A DNA stretch of 64,000 nucleotides from NCBI RefSeq assembly GCF_009914755.1, contig NC_060937.1; one strand, 5' to 3'. Made by a program: the position numbers and the translations under genes. The first letter of the stretch is position 1; every line of letters starts with the position of its first letter. The stretch comes from the human T2T-CHM13v2.0 reference genome, Homo sapiens. A model generated the notes under the pieces. The model made no database searches, was not told the origin of the DNA, and was given only the letters and a program-made list of their open reading frames with translations. This document shows, in pieces, positions 39,870-53,079 of the stretch.

Positions 39870-40683
39870 AGCTTATATTGCTGTGCCTGATAATTTTTTA
39901 TCAAACGCCAAACAGTGTGTATTTTGCATTGTTGGCTGCTGGATTTTTTTTTTTTTTTTTTGTATTTCCTTAAATCTTTTTGGGCTTTGCTCTGTGGTGT
40001 AATTAAGTTGGTTAGCATCAGTTTGATCCTTTTGAGGCATGCTTTTAAACATTCTTAGGCAGGTCCAGAGTAGCCTGTAGTCTGTAGTCTATGCCCGATT
40101 TAGCACCGCTACTAGGGTAATAACCCTTCGGAGGACACTCCTCAATGCTCTGTGTATTCTGAGGTCTTTCTTCTCTCGCTTGGTGGGAACAGGAACTCTT
40201 CCTATCTTTTTGTGAGCTCCAGGCATGGTTCCTCCTGCTCCTTTCAGGTATTTCTTTCTCTGGCCTTGACAGTTTCCTACATGCTATTCAGTACTCAAAG
40301 AAGCAAGGCAACACTCTGTGGATTCCTGAGCCTGCTTGCTTTCACATGTCTCTCCTCTATGGTGCTCTGCCCTGCTAATTCTAGCCGCATAGCTTCCTAT
40401 TTTTTAGCTCTGTGTCTTCTACTCAGGGAGATTATCAGGCTGTGTCTGGGCTCCCTCTACCTCTACCACACTGAAAACACTCTCTAGGCTTGAGACGGGA
40501 GTCAGCTAGGTCACCTGTAGAGCTCACCTTGTTTACCTTCTCTCAAGGATCATGTCTTACACTACCTGCTGTCCAAAGTCTGAAATATGTTGTTTTATAT
40601 ATTTTATCTGCTTGTTATTAAGGCAGATGGGTTAATCCAGTCCCTGCCACTTTACCCTGAATAGATGACTAAAAGTAGAAGTC
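39870..40683 (-). mobile_element. Old L1 (L1ME/L1M4-type) 5' region
   Basis: CAGTTTGATCCTTTTGAGGC...GGTCCAGAGTAGCC...GGTGGGAACAGGAAC...AAAGTAGAAGTC. Confidence 0.7.
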
Positions 40684-43138
40684 AATATCTTTATATCTAG
40701 GTCACATTTTACCTATCTGTCTTTATCTCCTACTTTTGGGTTTGAATTGTATTTTAGTTAGATTGCTTATTCACTCATATGTTCAAGCCTAGCATAACCA
40801 ACACTTCACGTATCTTTGGATGGGTAAGAAAAAAGAGTGTTGGTCCCTCTCCCTTGCAGATGTTATAGCCTAGTAGATAAAAATTTGCTACGTAAATTCT
40901 AGATATAGTAGTACTAATTGAAAAAGCATATTTATCTTTCAAAATACATATGAAATGAAACCAATTTTATCTCTTCACTTGGTAAGATGAATAGCAGATA
41001 GTAAGTGAAAACCAATCTGCTACAAACAATTAATTTTAATACCCATCCTCCCATCTCAATATATCTTACCTCTCCCCTCATTTAGTAGATGCTTGCTAAA
41101 TATTATACCAACTTAAGGGGCAGATGGAGTGATCACCAATCCCCTGTGGCCTGCTGAGTATGATTGGCCTGTGGGCACCTTCTGGACCTAACAGTGATTG
41201 AGGTTTCTTATAGCTGGGATACAAAGATGTTGAATCTGCCATAACTCACATTAAGTCATATTATAAGGCTATTAGGGCAAGATCCATTCTACAGTTAACT
41301 GAGGGTTAAAAGTAGCAATGATCTAATCTCTGATGTTTACATTTCCAGACTCAAGGAAAATTTTCTTAAAGTACAGATAAATCAAGTAGACTTTGTTTTT
41401 GCATGTTCAGACACACTCAGGAAAAAAATTTATTTGGAAAATAATGAAAAGTAACTTTATAAAGTTCTGAATCTTGGATTCATTGCGTGAGTTATTCATA
41501 ATTGATATATATTAAAATAACTGTTTTAGTTGACTAGCATTTTTTCCTTAATTTTACAGTAGATAAATTCTTGTGTTATAAAATATCTGGAATAATAACA
41601 AGAAGCAACTATAAAGTATTTACTCTTGAATTATGTAGATCTTACTCAAATGGAAAAATAAGGAATTTTTGAAACACAAAAATGTAATTAAATTACATGA
41701 CAAGTATCCTACCACCAGTATTTTACTATTCATGAACCCTAATACAATTGGAATGTTATTTTTTTTCTGTTTTCAAATAAAATGTAGACTCATAACTTTT
41801 TTTTTTTTTTGTCAAAAATACAAATCCTCCTAGTAGCTTTTAATCACCAAATGTCTAAGTTCAGAAATATGTCTAGTCAAATGCAGTGGGATTAAGGGGC
41901 ACGGCTACCTTGTGTATTTCCATGCCTAGTGCCTCTGCTCCTCTCCCTTTGTCCCGGGATTGGTTTCTCTACAGTTAACTGAAGGGAGAAAGGAGAGGTA
42001 GAAGGGCAGAAGGAAGTGTTCTTAAACATCTCAGACATGATAAAGGTTTACTTTGACCATGGTGGCATCTCAGGGGCACTTGGGTTCTTGGGAGACATCC
42101 TCTCTGTCCCCTGCCATTGCATTGGATCTTATACATGCAGTTTCTTCAGTGTGGGTGCATGCATCCTCTTTCATGATCATTGGGATTCAGTTGTCATTTC
42201 CCAAGAATGCTAGCGGTTCCTCCAGCATCTTTCCTTTGATGTTTCTTTGCTCCTCCCAGAGGCTCTGTTGCACAGGATCTAAGATAACTTCTCTTCCACT
42301 TGCTTGCTCATGACTCACATTTAGTGTATGAGAAATGCACATCTGAGACTCTCTGTCCAAAGAATGAGATTATTTTTCAAACTACGGTTTGTTCTCTGTG
42401 CCCCAACCAGACCCTTGTCTTTTAGAGTACTCAGGTATGAGTCAGATACACAGGTCCACTCTGTTTTTCAAACTTCAGGGGACACATTTCAAGCTCTCTA
42501 AGTGATCTTTGTAAACCCCTTTTAATTAGGCTTTAAGTTAGGAGACAACCTGATGCTCCCACTCCACTCTCAAAGTGTGGGTGGGTGGAGACTCCACACA
42601 GCTACAGCTGTCTTCAAAGAAATCTTCTCTCTCATTTCCAATTCCTTTTGGCTCTTCAAATTTAACCTTTTTACACCTTATAATAGGCTTGAGGGGTCAA
42701 TGGTGCAACCTGGTTTTTACCCACTTCCTTTGCTAATTCTGCCTAAGTGATATGGGATTATATTTTTGAATGTCAGAGTAACTGGCATTTCCTTGTATTA
42801 AGACCTCAGCTGAGACTGAGACCAAAATAGTTCACGTTAAAACCCTTTTGCACTTACAACTTAAGACACTTTAGCTTGTCCAGACCACAGAAAGAAAAAT
42901 ATACCCCAAAGGAACATTTGAGAAGTGACATTAAATATTTGTTTTACATTCTTAATATTTGTAAAGGCAAATTTTGTGTTTTTAAAAGTGTATTTTCTGA
43001 TCAATTTTGCTATTTTTATGTTATGGTCTAGTCCAAGAGTGGAGTCTTGATTTACAACATTGTGCCTTTAGGAAATAAGGTCAGGGGACCAACTAGGTTG
43101 TAAATCAGGTATTGCGTTTTTTTTTATGCTTTGTACAG

Positions 43139-43227
43139 AAAATTCCACTGTTGGCGTAGTCATCAAAGGTGGAAATAATGCAGAAGAGTATTCTTAACAT
43201 GTGGAGCTCTTTCTACAGGAGCTCTTG
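43139..43227 (+). other. Candidate exon (89 bp), stop in every frame
   Basis: Acceptor TTTTTTTTTATGCTTTGTACAG, donor TTG|GTAAGA; phase-0 reading KIPLLA*SSKVEIMQKSILNMWSSFYRSS. Confidence 0.45.
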
Positions 43228-43415
43228 GTAAGACAAATGCCTCCTTGGAAGCACGAGATTATTCCCCTTTTGTGTTCTTTGCCATAGCTGTGATAGTAAA
43301 GGCTTCTTTCTACCTTCTTAATTTCCCACCCTTGCCTCCCTTTAGAACATAAAAAGCCATTCCACCTTGAATGGAAAACATTCTCGGCAGCTTGTAGGGA
43401 CTGAGTCCAGGACAG

Positions 43416-43446
43416 TGAGTCAGAAGATGGCCACTAGGGGGCAGCT
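43416..43446 (+). promoter_or_regulatory. CTCF motif with adjacent AP-1 site
   Basis: TGGCCACTAGGGGGCAGCT at 43428-43446 (consensus TGGCCACCAGGGGGCGCTA); TGAGTCA at 43416-43422. Confidence 0.75.
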
Positions 43447-43459
43447 ACGTAAAGCTTTT

Positions 43460-43770
43460 AGGCTTAGTTTTGTAGGTACTTGGGAATTATGGAAGGTTTC
43501 AGAGCAGGGTAGTGACCTACCAAAAATGTGTTAGGAAGATTAATTTGGCAGGCAGAGTGAAGGGGAAAGAATAGGTACAAAAAGTCAGATCTAGGACTAC
43601 CCCTGTGATTTCAGGGTAAAGAGGGAAGCAGTGGTATCAAGGAAGATACCAAAGAGTGGTGAAAGCATTACAGACATATTATGAAAAGAAATATTAATAT
43701 AGAAGCATGACTGCACGACTATGGAGGGAGGAAAAAATGGAAAACAAATTCTCTGTTTGGAGAATGTTAA
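43460..43770 (-). mobile_element. L2 fragment
   Basis: ATGGAAGGTTTCAGAGCAGGGTAGTGAC...TTAGGAAGATTAATTTGGCAG. Confidence 0.6.
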
Positions 43771-44929
43771 TTCTAAAGATGGAAATAAACCCACTTAGCC
43801 ATTTTTCCCCCTCTAGGTATAATCCATTTAAGTGAAATTTATCAAAAATTTAAAGGTATTCTTGAAATGTTTTCATCTATCAAAACAAGTTTTTTGGAAC
43901 ATTAACAATTTTAGTCTGACAGTTGCTGGAGATTTAGGAGAAAAGTGTCAGTTGGCTCTTTTTTCTTGGGGAAGGGAAAAGGAATCAGTAAGACAAATAT
44001 GGTGTCTACCCTTCTTTTCTAGCTCCCCATTTTTTCTTCTTTATTTAATCATAGATGTTTGGAGAAACAAGGTTCTGACTACCTCTCTGGCTGGGTAGAG
44101 AACAAAACAGTGGAAAACTGTGTCATGGGAATACATTGTCTCAGGAGATCTTTGTATTAATGTACAAGTCCACAGAGCTTCATGGAGATTACAACCTCAT
44201 CTTATTAATAAGATAGATATTAAATGAAAATATTTCCCCAAATGTAAATACCTGCCACACATCTAAGGGGAGATCTCAATATATTACAACTTTAAGCCAA
44301 TGCTGCTACTGCATCTTTTAAAGGTTAAAGAAAGAGACCCCAAAAATGGAAGCTGGAAGCTAGACTGTGACAAGGAACATGCTTACCAGGGCTGATGTGT
44401 ATTCTGAAGTTTTCAATTTCTGTTTTGCAGTTTATCCTGGTCTTTAATGTTTTGTTTTCTATACTTTTATGTGCTTGGCTAAAGTGAAATTAAAACATAT
44501 AAGCTACAAAAATTAACTCAATGAAATTTTGAGGTTTTGCCATTGGGGAACCTGAATTAATAGTTTTAATATAGAATTCAGGACAGACAGCATCATGCCA
44601 GACCTTCCAAATTATATAATTAATTTTAGCAAACAGTGCTTAGGATAAGAATTTTCAACAGCTGTGTGTGCCTGGTTTCTCTGCTAATGTTCCCTGTGGA
44701 GTTCTGGGACAACCAGCTCCAGGTCTTTGCTGCACTGGTGCTTGCTTTACTGGGGTACTGCACATTTCATGCTCCATTGAGACCACCTATATGGTGGAAC
44801 TGGTCCTCCTTGGGCTTTCTATATTGCCTTTTGCCACCACCTTAGAACTCTCACTCACAGCTCATCTCTCTCTTGGATCAGTAAAGAAGCACTTTTTTCT
44901 TCTTATATTTTTCCAAACATACTCAGAGT

Positions 44930-45400
44930 CATTGCTTTTCACTTACCCACTGCTACTACTGTTGACAAACTACCACCATCTCTTACATGGATCACTGTGA
45001 TTGCCTTGGATTGATCTCCCTGCCTCTACCATTGCTCCCCACAGTCTATTTGTTGACATTGCAGCCAGTGATTCTGGCTGTCAGATCTTGTCACTCCTTG
45101 GCTGAAAATTTTACAGGGGATCCTGATTTCACTCCTAATCAAAGACAAAGTCTTTATGAAGACCTAAAGGTCTTTGCAAATCTGATCTCACCTCTTATGG
45201 CTCACCTTTCACTCACTGCACTCTACTCACATGTGACCACAACATTCCAGGTATGGTGAAATGCCTTGTTTCCCTCAAGTCTTATTGTAATGCTATCCTG
45301 CCATAGAGGCCAGCCCTGGGCACCCTGTTTCAAATTGCAAGCTGCTCTTCCTACCACCCCAACCTTCTTTATCCTGTTCCACTTTCGTCTATAACTTTTA
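44930..45400 (+). mobile_element. L2 fragment
   Basis: CCACCATCTCTTACATGGATCACTG...GCAGCCAGTGATTC...GTCAGATCTTGTCACTCC. Confidence 0.7.
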
Positions 45401-45406
45401 TCTATA

Positions 45407-45850
45407 CAGTAGTCCCTCTTATCTGCAGGGTATATATTCCAAGATCCCCAGGGGATGTCTGAAACCACAGATAGTACTGAACCTTATATATATTATGTTT
45501 TTTTTTTCCTATATGCACATACCTATGATAAAGTTTAATTTATAAATTAGGCATAGTACAATACTAACAATAATGATAAAATAGGACAATTTTAATATAT
45601 GGTAATTATGTGAATGTGGTCTCTATCGCTATCAAAATATTTTATTTTACTGTAGATCTTAGCAACCTCGGCATACAATCTCTTTTTCTTTCTTTATGAA
45701 GATGAGAACTTTCACATTTTCACTTAAAGGAAGCACTCTCTGGCTTATCTTCGGCATATCCGATTTGCCAGCATCATTACTCTTGTGCTTTGGGGCCATT
45801 ATTAAGTAAAAGAAGGATCATTTGAACACAAGCACTGTGGTACTGCAGTG
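45407..45850. mobile_element. MER44/Tigger7 (TcMar-Tigger) fragment
   Basis: TA + CAGTAGTCCCTCTTATCTGCAGGG...CCAAGATCCCCAG...CTGAAACCACAGATAGTACTGAACC. Confidence 0.85.
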
Positions 45851-46164
45851 TGTGGAGTGAGACTGACCTCATACTGTGGCTTTTTGAGCCTCAGTCCCAA
45901 CCTCACCCAAATCATGTTACATTTAATTATACTCAAGGAGCATATTGTTTTCAAAAATAGAATTACTCTTTTCAACTGTGGCAAGGGTTGGGAGATTGTG
46001 TGGGGTAGATGATCCTCATGAATTTCTAGGGTAGGGGACCCTCATAGAAAAGTCTAATTTTTCTTCATCTAAGTAGGCAATAGTTCCTATAAACGTAGGT
46101 TGTGACAGAGATATTTGTGTTCCTGGTGTGGGAGAAAGAAAAATAATTTTTGTGATGAGTTCCA

Positions 46165-47200
46165 AAATCAGTTATTTTTCAAAACTGTGAATGGCTTAAA
46201 AAATGACATTTTGTTTGTTTGTTAATCTGCATTTTGGGCAGGCTTGTTGGTGATAGTTTGTTTCTCTCCAACTTGGCCTCAGCTGGGGCAGCTTGAAGTG
46301 TGGAAGCTGGAATCATCTGAAGTTTGCTTATCCACATGTCTGATGGTTCGTGCTGGCTGTTGGCTGAGACCATGATTGAGACCATTGCCAAACATATACA
46401 CATGGGCCCCCATGAGGCCTGGGTTTTCTTACAACATAGTGACTGGGTTCCAAGGGTGAGCATCTTGAGAGAGAAGAGAGATAGAAGAGAGAGGAAGAGC
46501 GATGGAAGCCATATTGCCTTTTATGGCCTAACCTCAAAAGTTATACAGGCATCAATTCTGCCATATTCTATTTTTTCAGGAAATCCCACAAAAGGTGGCC
46601 CAATTTCAAGGACAACAAAAGAAATCTCACCTTTTGATGGGGGAGTGGCAATTTCTGGAAGAGCATGTGGGACTGAAAATATTGCTTTGGTCATTTTGGG
46701 AAAACAAAATGTCTGCCATCAGCCCTCTGACTATTACAACATAATAGTAAGATACACTTGCCCTCTTCCAAGGCTTCTAAAATCCCATTTTTGTTTCAGC
46801 ATCAGACTTGGTTTTGGGATTCAGAATCTCACTATTAAAATGAAATCCATATCTGGTGAGGCTCTGTGGGTGTAGATTATCAGGTCTCTGAGGCCTATTT
46901 TTCCTGGTCTAAAGATCTGTGAACTAAAGAGATAAATGACCTGCCTCTTATATAATCCATATGCCATGGGAGGGCAAGTGCAGACAACTGCTATTGACAT
47001 TCCCATTCAAAAAGGGTAATGGGGGGAGGGAAATGGGAAGAACACAGCAATGAGTGGTACAAAGAGACTTTGAAATCCAACTGGATGTATCTTTTCAATT
47101 CCATTCTTAATTCTCAGTCCTACTACCTAACAGTAGGTTGAAAAATCTACACAAGGCCTCTCCATGTGGCTTGGGCTTCCTCACAACATGGATGCTAAAT
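46165..47200 (-). mobile_element. MLT1G-like LTR (about 46165-46720) plus internal sequence
   Basis: CTGGAATCATCTGAAG...CTGGCTGTTGGCTG...TTTGATGGGGGAGTGGCAA; internal GACATTCCCATTCAAAAAGGG. Confidence 0.75.
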
Positions 47201-47682
47201 TTCAGTTGCAATAGTCAGATGTTGGAGAAAATTTGTAATTTTTAAGCTATGTGGAAAATTACCTGAGTCAACATTGTAAGACAGTCTACTGAAATTTTAT
47301 CTACTTTTTACTAAAAAGGATAGGAACAAAGTGGCATTTCCCAGTGAATGGATAACATGTAATGTATGCTGTGGTTAAAAAATGGAGTCCTCTGTAGAAT
47401 TACAAGTTCAGTTTTGGCAGCATAATTTGAAAGAATAAAATAATAAACCCTCATGTTGGTAGTAAAATGTTTTTACTACATACATAATAGTTTCCTGTAA
47501 ACTATTATCTAATGTGAAAGGAGAAATACTCTTTATAAAATGAGTTCTACAATTAGGGCAATTCTAGAAGTATGTGTCTTTATATCTTACTGTGGCCTAA
47601 AAGCTTAAACTCATGGGAAAGATTCTAAAAGGGAAAGATTTCAACTTGGGAGGGAATATGGTAGGAAAACAAGCATGGAAAA

Positions 47683-49200
47683 TGTTCTGGTTATCTATTT
47701 GTGTATAACAAACTGTCAAAGCTCAGTGGTTTAAAGTCACCATTTCTTTCTTTTCCCTCTCCATAATGTAGATCATGAGTTTGGGAATGGCCCCACAGGG
47801 ATTACTCCAGGGCAGTTCAGGCTGTGGCATCCACTTCTGAGATGGTTTCTTTATCCATATATTTGGCACATCAGTGCTCCTTGGCCTTTTTCTCTCTCTC
47901 TCCACGTGGTGTCTCACTGCTATGGACTGAATGTTTGCTCCCTCCCCTGCCAAATTCGTGTGTTGCAATCCTAACCCCCATTGTGATAGTACTAGGGGTT
48001 GGGGCCTTTGGGAGGTCAGGAGGGTTCGGCCCTCAGGAATAGGATTTGTGCACTATAAAAAGAGGATACATGGGTTGCTCTCTCTGCTCTCTGCCAGAGA
48101 TGACACCTGCAAACCAGGAAGCAGGCCTTCACTAGGCACTGGATATGGTGGCACTTTGGCCTTGCACTTCCCAGCCTCCAGAATTTTGAGAAATAAATTT
48201 CTGTCACTTAAACCTCCTACTTCATAGAATTCTGTTATAGCAGCCCCAGCTGATCAACCTAACTTCAGGGCCCCTGCAGATGAATTATGCTTCCCACAGC
48301 TAGGTGGCTTTAAGATGGTGGCCTAGGGCTGTCAGAGACTGGTGTTCCAATAAGCCCTGGCAGAATCTGCAAAGCTTTTCATACTTGCCTCAGAAGTCCC
48401 AGCATACCACTTCTACTATATTCTCTGGGCCAAGCATGTCATTAAGGCCATTCAAGATTCAATGGGAGAAGCAGCAAAGATTTTGTGGAGAACTTTAATC
48501 CATTATAGTCCGCTTTTGGCCACAAATTATTTACATTCCTACCAAACACACAATACACTCATATATCCCAAAGCCCCTGGATCTCATTCTTTTTCAGCAT
48601 TGGCTTGAAGCCTAGGATCTGAGTAGCCAAATCAGGTCCAGATGTGCATGAGTTCCTCAGGTGCACTTCCCTGGGTACAATTCGTATCAAACCAAAGACC
48701 TGTGAACTACAGTCATATTTTCTCCTCCTCCTCGCAACACCCAACATAAAATAGTAGACCTGGCCTAGGAAAACCAAATAGTCCCTCTGGTTCAAAAAGA
48801 GGGAAACAGAAGCGACATAGGTAGTCACTGGTAAGGAGCAATTATGAAATCTGGCTGGACATGTGTGGCCTGCTTCTTAATTAGGGCCCAGACCTGCTCC
48901 CTGGGGTGACTCTCTGTGGCCATTCACTCTTCCTCATGGATTCTTGCCTCTGCCCTTGGTCTCCCACCCCTTTCCATAATAAATAGTCCCTTTTTCCAGC
49001 TGAGTAGTTTTTTAGCCTGCTTTCTCCACAAGGAAATTCAAAGATTCAAAGGTCTGTTTCATTTTGTAATCTTTTTGCCTTTCAGCTGAAACTAATACAG
49101 TTTGTTGGTCAGTGTACCAAAGCCAGTCCATATTCAAGGAAAGAGAGGGGAATTACACTGTAGCTCTCTATGGTAGGAACAGCAAAGAGTTTGCAACCAC
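47683..49200 (-). mobile_element. MLT1H-like LTR plus internal sequence, interrupted by MLT1A
   Basis: TGTTCTGGTTATCTATTTGTGTATAACAAAC...; internal AAAGACCTGTGAACTA. Confidence 0.7.
47918..48258 (+). mobile_element. MLT1A/A0-like LTR nested in the older MLT1 LTR
   Basis: TGCTATGGACTGAATGTTTG...CCCAGCCTCCAGAATTTTGAGAAATAAATTTCTG...TGTTATAGCAGCCC. Confidence 0.85.
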
Positions 49201-49606
49201 CATTAAAGATTTCAAGAATTTGGGGCTTGAGAGATTAGGGCTGTCCATTAGATGTTAGAGTCTTATTCATGCTAAAGGTATTTGGGCATTATTTACATCT
49301 TTTTCCCCTCCTTGAATGCACCATTATGTTGTATTGAAAAAATTTTAGTTTCAGAAATTTGTAGAGTCAATCAGGGAACAGAGACGGCAATAGTTTTTAA
49401 AGATACCAAAATTTATGTATGTATTCATTAGTTTTGCTCTTTTACTAAATTTAAAGGAAGGAAAATTGGGTCACCACAACATGGAAGTCAATTATTACAT
49501 TTGTTATGAAATATTCCTAAGCACCTAGGTGCTGGATATTTCCATAACTGATTACTGAATTTCACTGGGGTATTTGGGTTTTCTTGAATGCAGAGAAATA
49601 TAGCAC

Positions 49607-50043
<437 letters not shown>

Positions 50044-51182
50044 TTAGTGTCATTTGTGAAACTCCCACTGATATGGGAGGAAAGGGGATCTAGGATCCCC
50101 AGTAATTAAGACCTTGTAGGAAGAAAGAAAACTCCTGTTAAAAACCCCCATTCTTCATATTTCTGATTTTTTTTTTATTAAAAAAATCTTTCTCAAATAA
50201 AAAGGGAGCAAGATGAAATTTCTTTCCCAGAGATAATGGGAACTTCAAGACACATTTCTAACTACAATCTATGGTCACCATGAACTTTATAAAAAATGTT
50301 TTTCTATTAAGTTTGCAGAGATGTCAGGCCTTGCTGGAAAACTGATGTATTTATGTGTGCATATTAAAACTTTTAAATATGTTAAAGGAACATAAAATCA
50401 AACTTATTCACCAAACTTTCTCAATTTTGTTGCATAGATAGTTGAATCTTAATCTTACCACAGTCTAGCTTTTGCCATTTTCTCAGCGGCCTGATAACTA
50501 TTTGGCATTAAGATTTTGTTCTCACGCTTAGGGTAGACAGACATGTTGTACAGCACACGTGTAGAACTGACGGCAGTAATGAGATAATGACTTGATAACA
50601 TGCATATGTTCCTCCCTTTAAGATTGGGCAAGTATCATTTATGACAGATTTGGAACCTTTATCCAAGTCGGACTAAACCAAGCCAAATATCATTGGCAAT
50701 TTTCTTCTATGAATCAGATATTTCTCATGAAGCAGCTAACTTCTGACTTAGAAATAATTATTTCTAAAACCAATGCACTTCTGTTTACATATTCAGAGGT
50801 AACTATCGGTGAAATGGGGATAATCCTTTGCAGAAGCTCTTGCTAATTTGGAAGTTGGACAGTGATCAGACAAACTTAAAGAAAGCATGTTCATAAAAAT
50901 ATAGGGTTTAGAAAAAGCAGTGAACATGTTTATATTTTACTGGAGGCAGAAGATGGTATTTGATAAGTTATTCTAATCAACAGAATTGCTGCTGCCAATG
51001 TGTGAGAAAATAAACTGGTCACCAAACTCCAAAGGAATTCTCTGCAGAGTCTGGTGTTGTCCATAAAAAATTGTTGCCTGTGTTCCCCTTCCCCCGCAAT
51101 GTGATACTAGAATTTGCAGTTGGATAAATACCTAAAGTTGATCTAGTGACTCCATGATCTAGGCAGTTTAAAATGCTTTCTT

Positions 51183-51523
<341 letters not shown>

Positions 51524-52789
51524 TCATTGCTCCTGGAGTTAGTGACAGAGTCAGGTCTTTTGACCCAGTTTAGCCTATTTGTGAGCATTTAATGCTACCA
51601 ATCTGTATCCTACTGTTTTTATTCTTCCTCAACTATATTTTTTATGAGAATGATTTTATCTGTTGAGTTATTTAAGAAACACAGCTGCATTGTGCTAGGA
51701 ACCACAGATACAAGAATAAGGAAGAATATTTTCTGTCCTTAAAGATCTTACTCTCTAGAAGGAGATAAACAGCAAACAAAATGTTAAAAATATAATGACA
51801 TTAGTGATAAATAGGAGTATTTAAAAGATGCTATGAGATCATGGAGAAGATAGAACTCTGCTTTGAGGATCAAGAAAAATCTTGCAGAGGTGGTAATATT
51901 TGAGCTGGGATTTAAAGATGAGTAGACATTTCTAGGTAAAATAGAAAGAAGACATTCCAAATGGAGTGAAGAGTATGGACACTGGAATGGGAGTTTAAAG
52001 AAGCAAATGCTCAAGTCTTCTTCTCAACCCCAGCAAGGTGGGGAACATGGACAAGGCTTCCACTGTGGACAGACTTGGAGAAATGTCAGATGTCTGATGG
52101 TCTTTCAAAAGACCAGAGAGAGGAGACATTGGTATGGGGGAGGCTGAAAGACATTAGTAGGAATACAAAATTGAGGGATAAGGTCAAGTAAAGTCAGACT
52201 ACAGTTAGGAGAAATAGGATTAGTCACTATTCTAGATATAAGTGTGAAATTAAAACATGAATGGAAAAGGAACCCAAGATTCAGCATAAAGAAAAGAAGT
52301 TGGGGTAATGAATGAAAGGTAGGGAGAGAGAGAAGTAAGAAATAGGCTACCAGTGGATAAAGCATGACAGTTTCATGACAATTTTTTGAGAGCAGGAATC
52401 TGTTTTCTAATGACACCCTAAATAGGCAAACACGCTGTAGGTGGTTACTTAAGGACCTGCATATTTGGAAAACCTGTGAAATATCTGTGTATGGAAGAAG
52501 TTCTGAGAGTGTGTGGTAGCATGGAGGGAAATGAGGATGGAGAGGCAGACAGTGATAATATCACAAACATCCTTATAGTCTATGCTAAGGAGTTTGGAAT
52601 TCCTCTGAAGTTATTTAGAAGACACTGAGGGATTTTTAGTGTGAAGATTTTAATTTTAGAACATTTTTTGGAAGCAGTGTCTAAGATGAATTATGGGTAT
52701 AGTCCAGAACTGGAATATAGGGCAATTAATTAGAAGACTATTCCAATAATTGTTTTTCAATTCTGATGTTTTAAAGAGTGCTTTTATTT

Positions 52790-53078
52790 CTTTTTTGTTT
52801 TTTTAGAGTTGAGATCTCACTTTGTCATCCAGGCTGGAGTGCAGTGTTATGATCGTGGCTCACTGAAGCCTCAAAGTCCTGGGCTCAAGTGACCCTCTCA
52901 CATCAGCCGTCTGGGTAGCTGGGTCCACAAGTGCACACCACCATGCCTGGCTACCTTTTTGAGTAATGGAGTCTTACCTTGTTGCCCGGACTGGTCTTGA
53001 GATCTTGGCCTCAAGCGATCGTCCCACCTTGGCTTCTCAAAGTGCTGGGATTACAGATATGAACCACTGCTTCCAGCT
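52790..53078 (-). mobile_element. AluJ
   Basis: GATCGTGGCTCACTGAAGCCTC...CCTGGGCTCAAGTGA. Confidence 0.9.
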
Positions 53079-53079
53079 T

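Noticed and set aside
41214-41304. Open segment LGYKDVESAITHIKSYYKAIRARSILQLTE
   Set aside because: Short pyrimidine tract, weak donor (GTTAAA) and no family match.
46324-46875. Longest ORF in the track (183 aa)
   Set aside because: Lies antisense within MLT1 LTR/internal sequence, has a non-ATG start and no recognisable domain.
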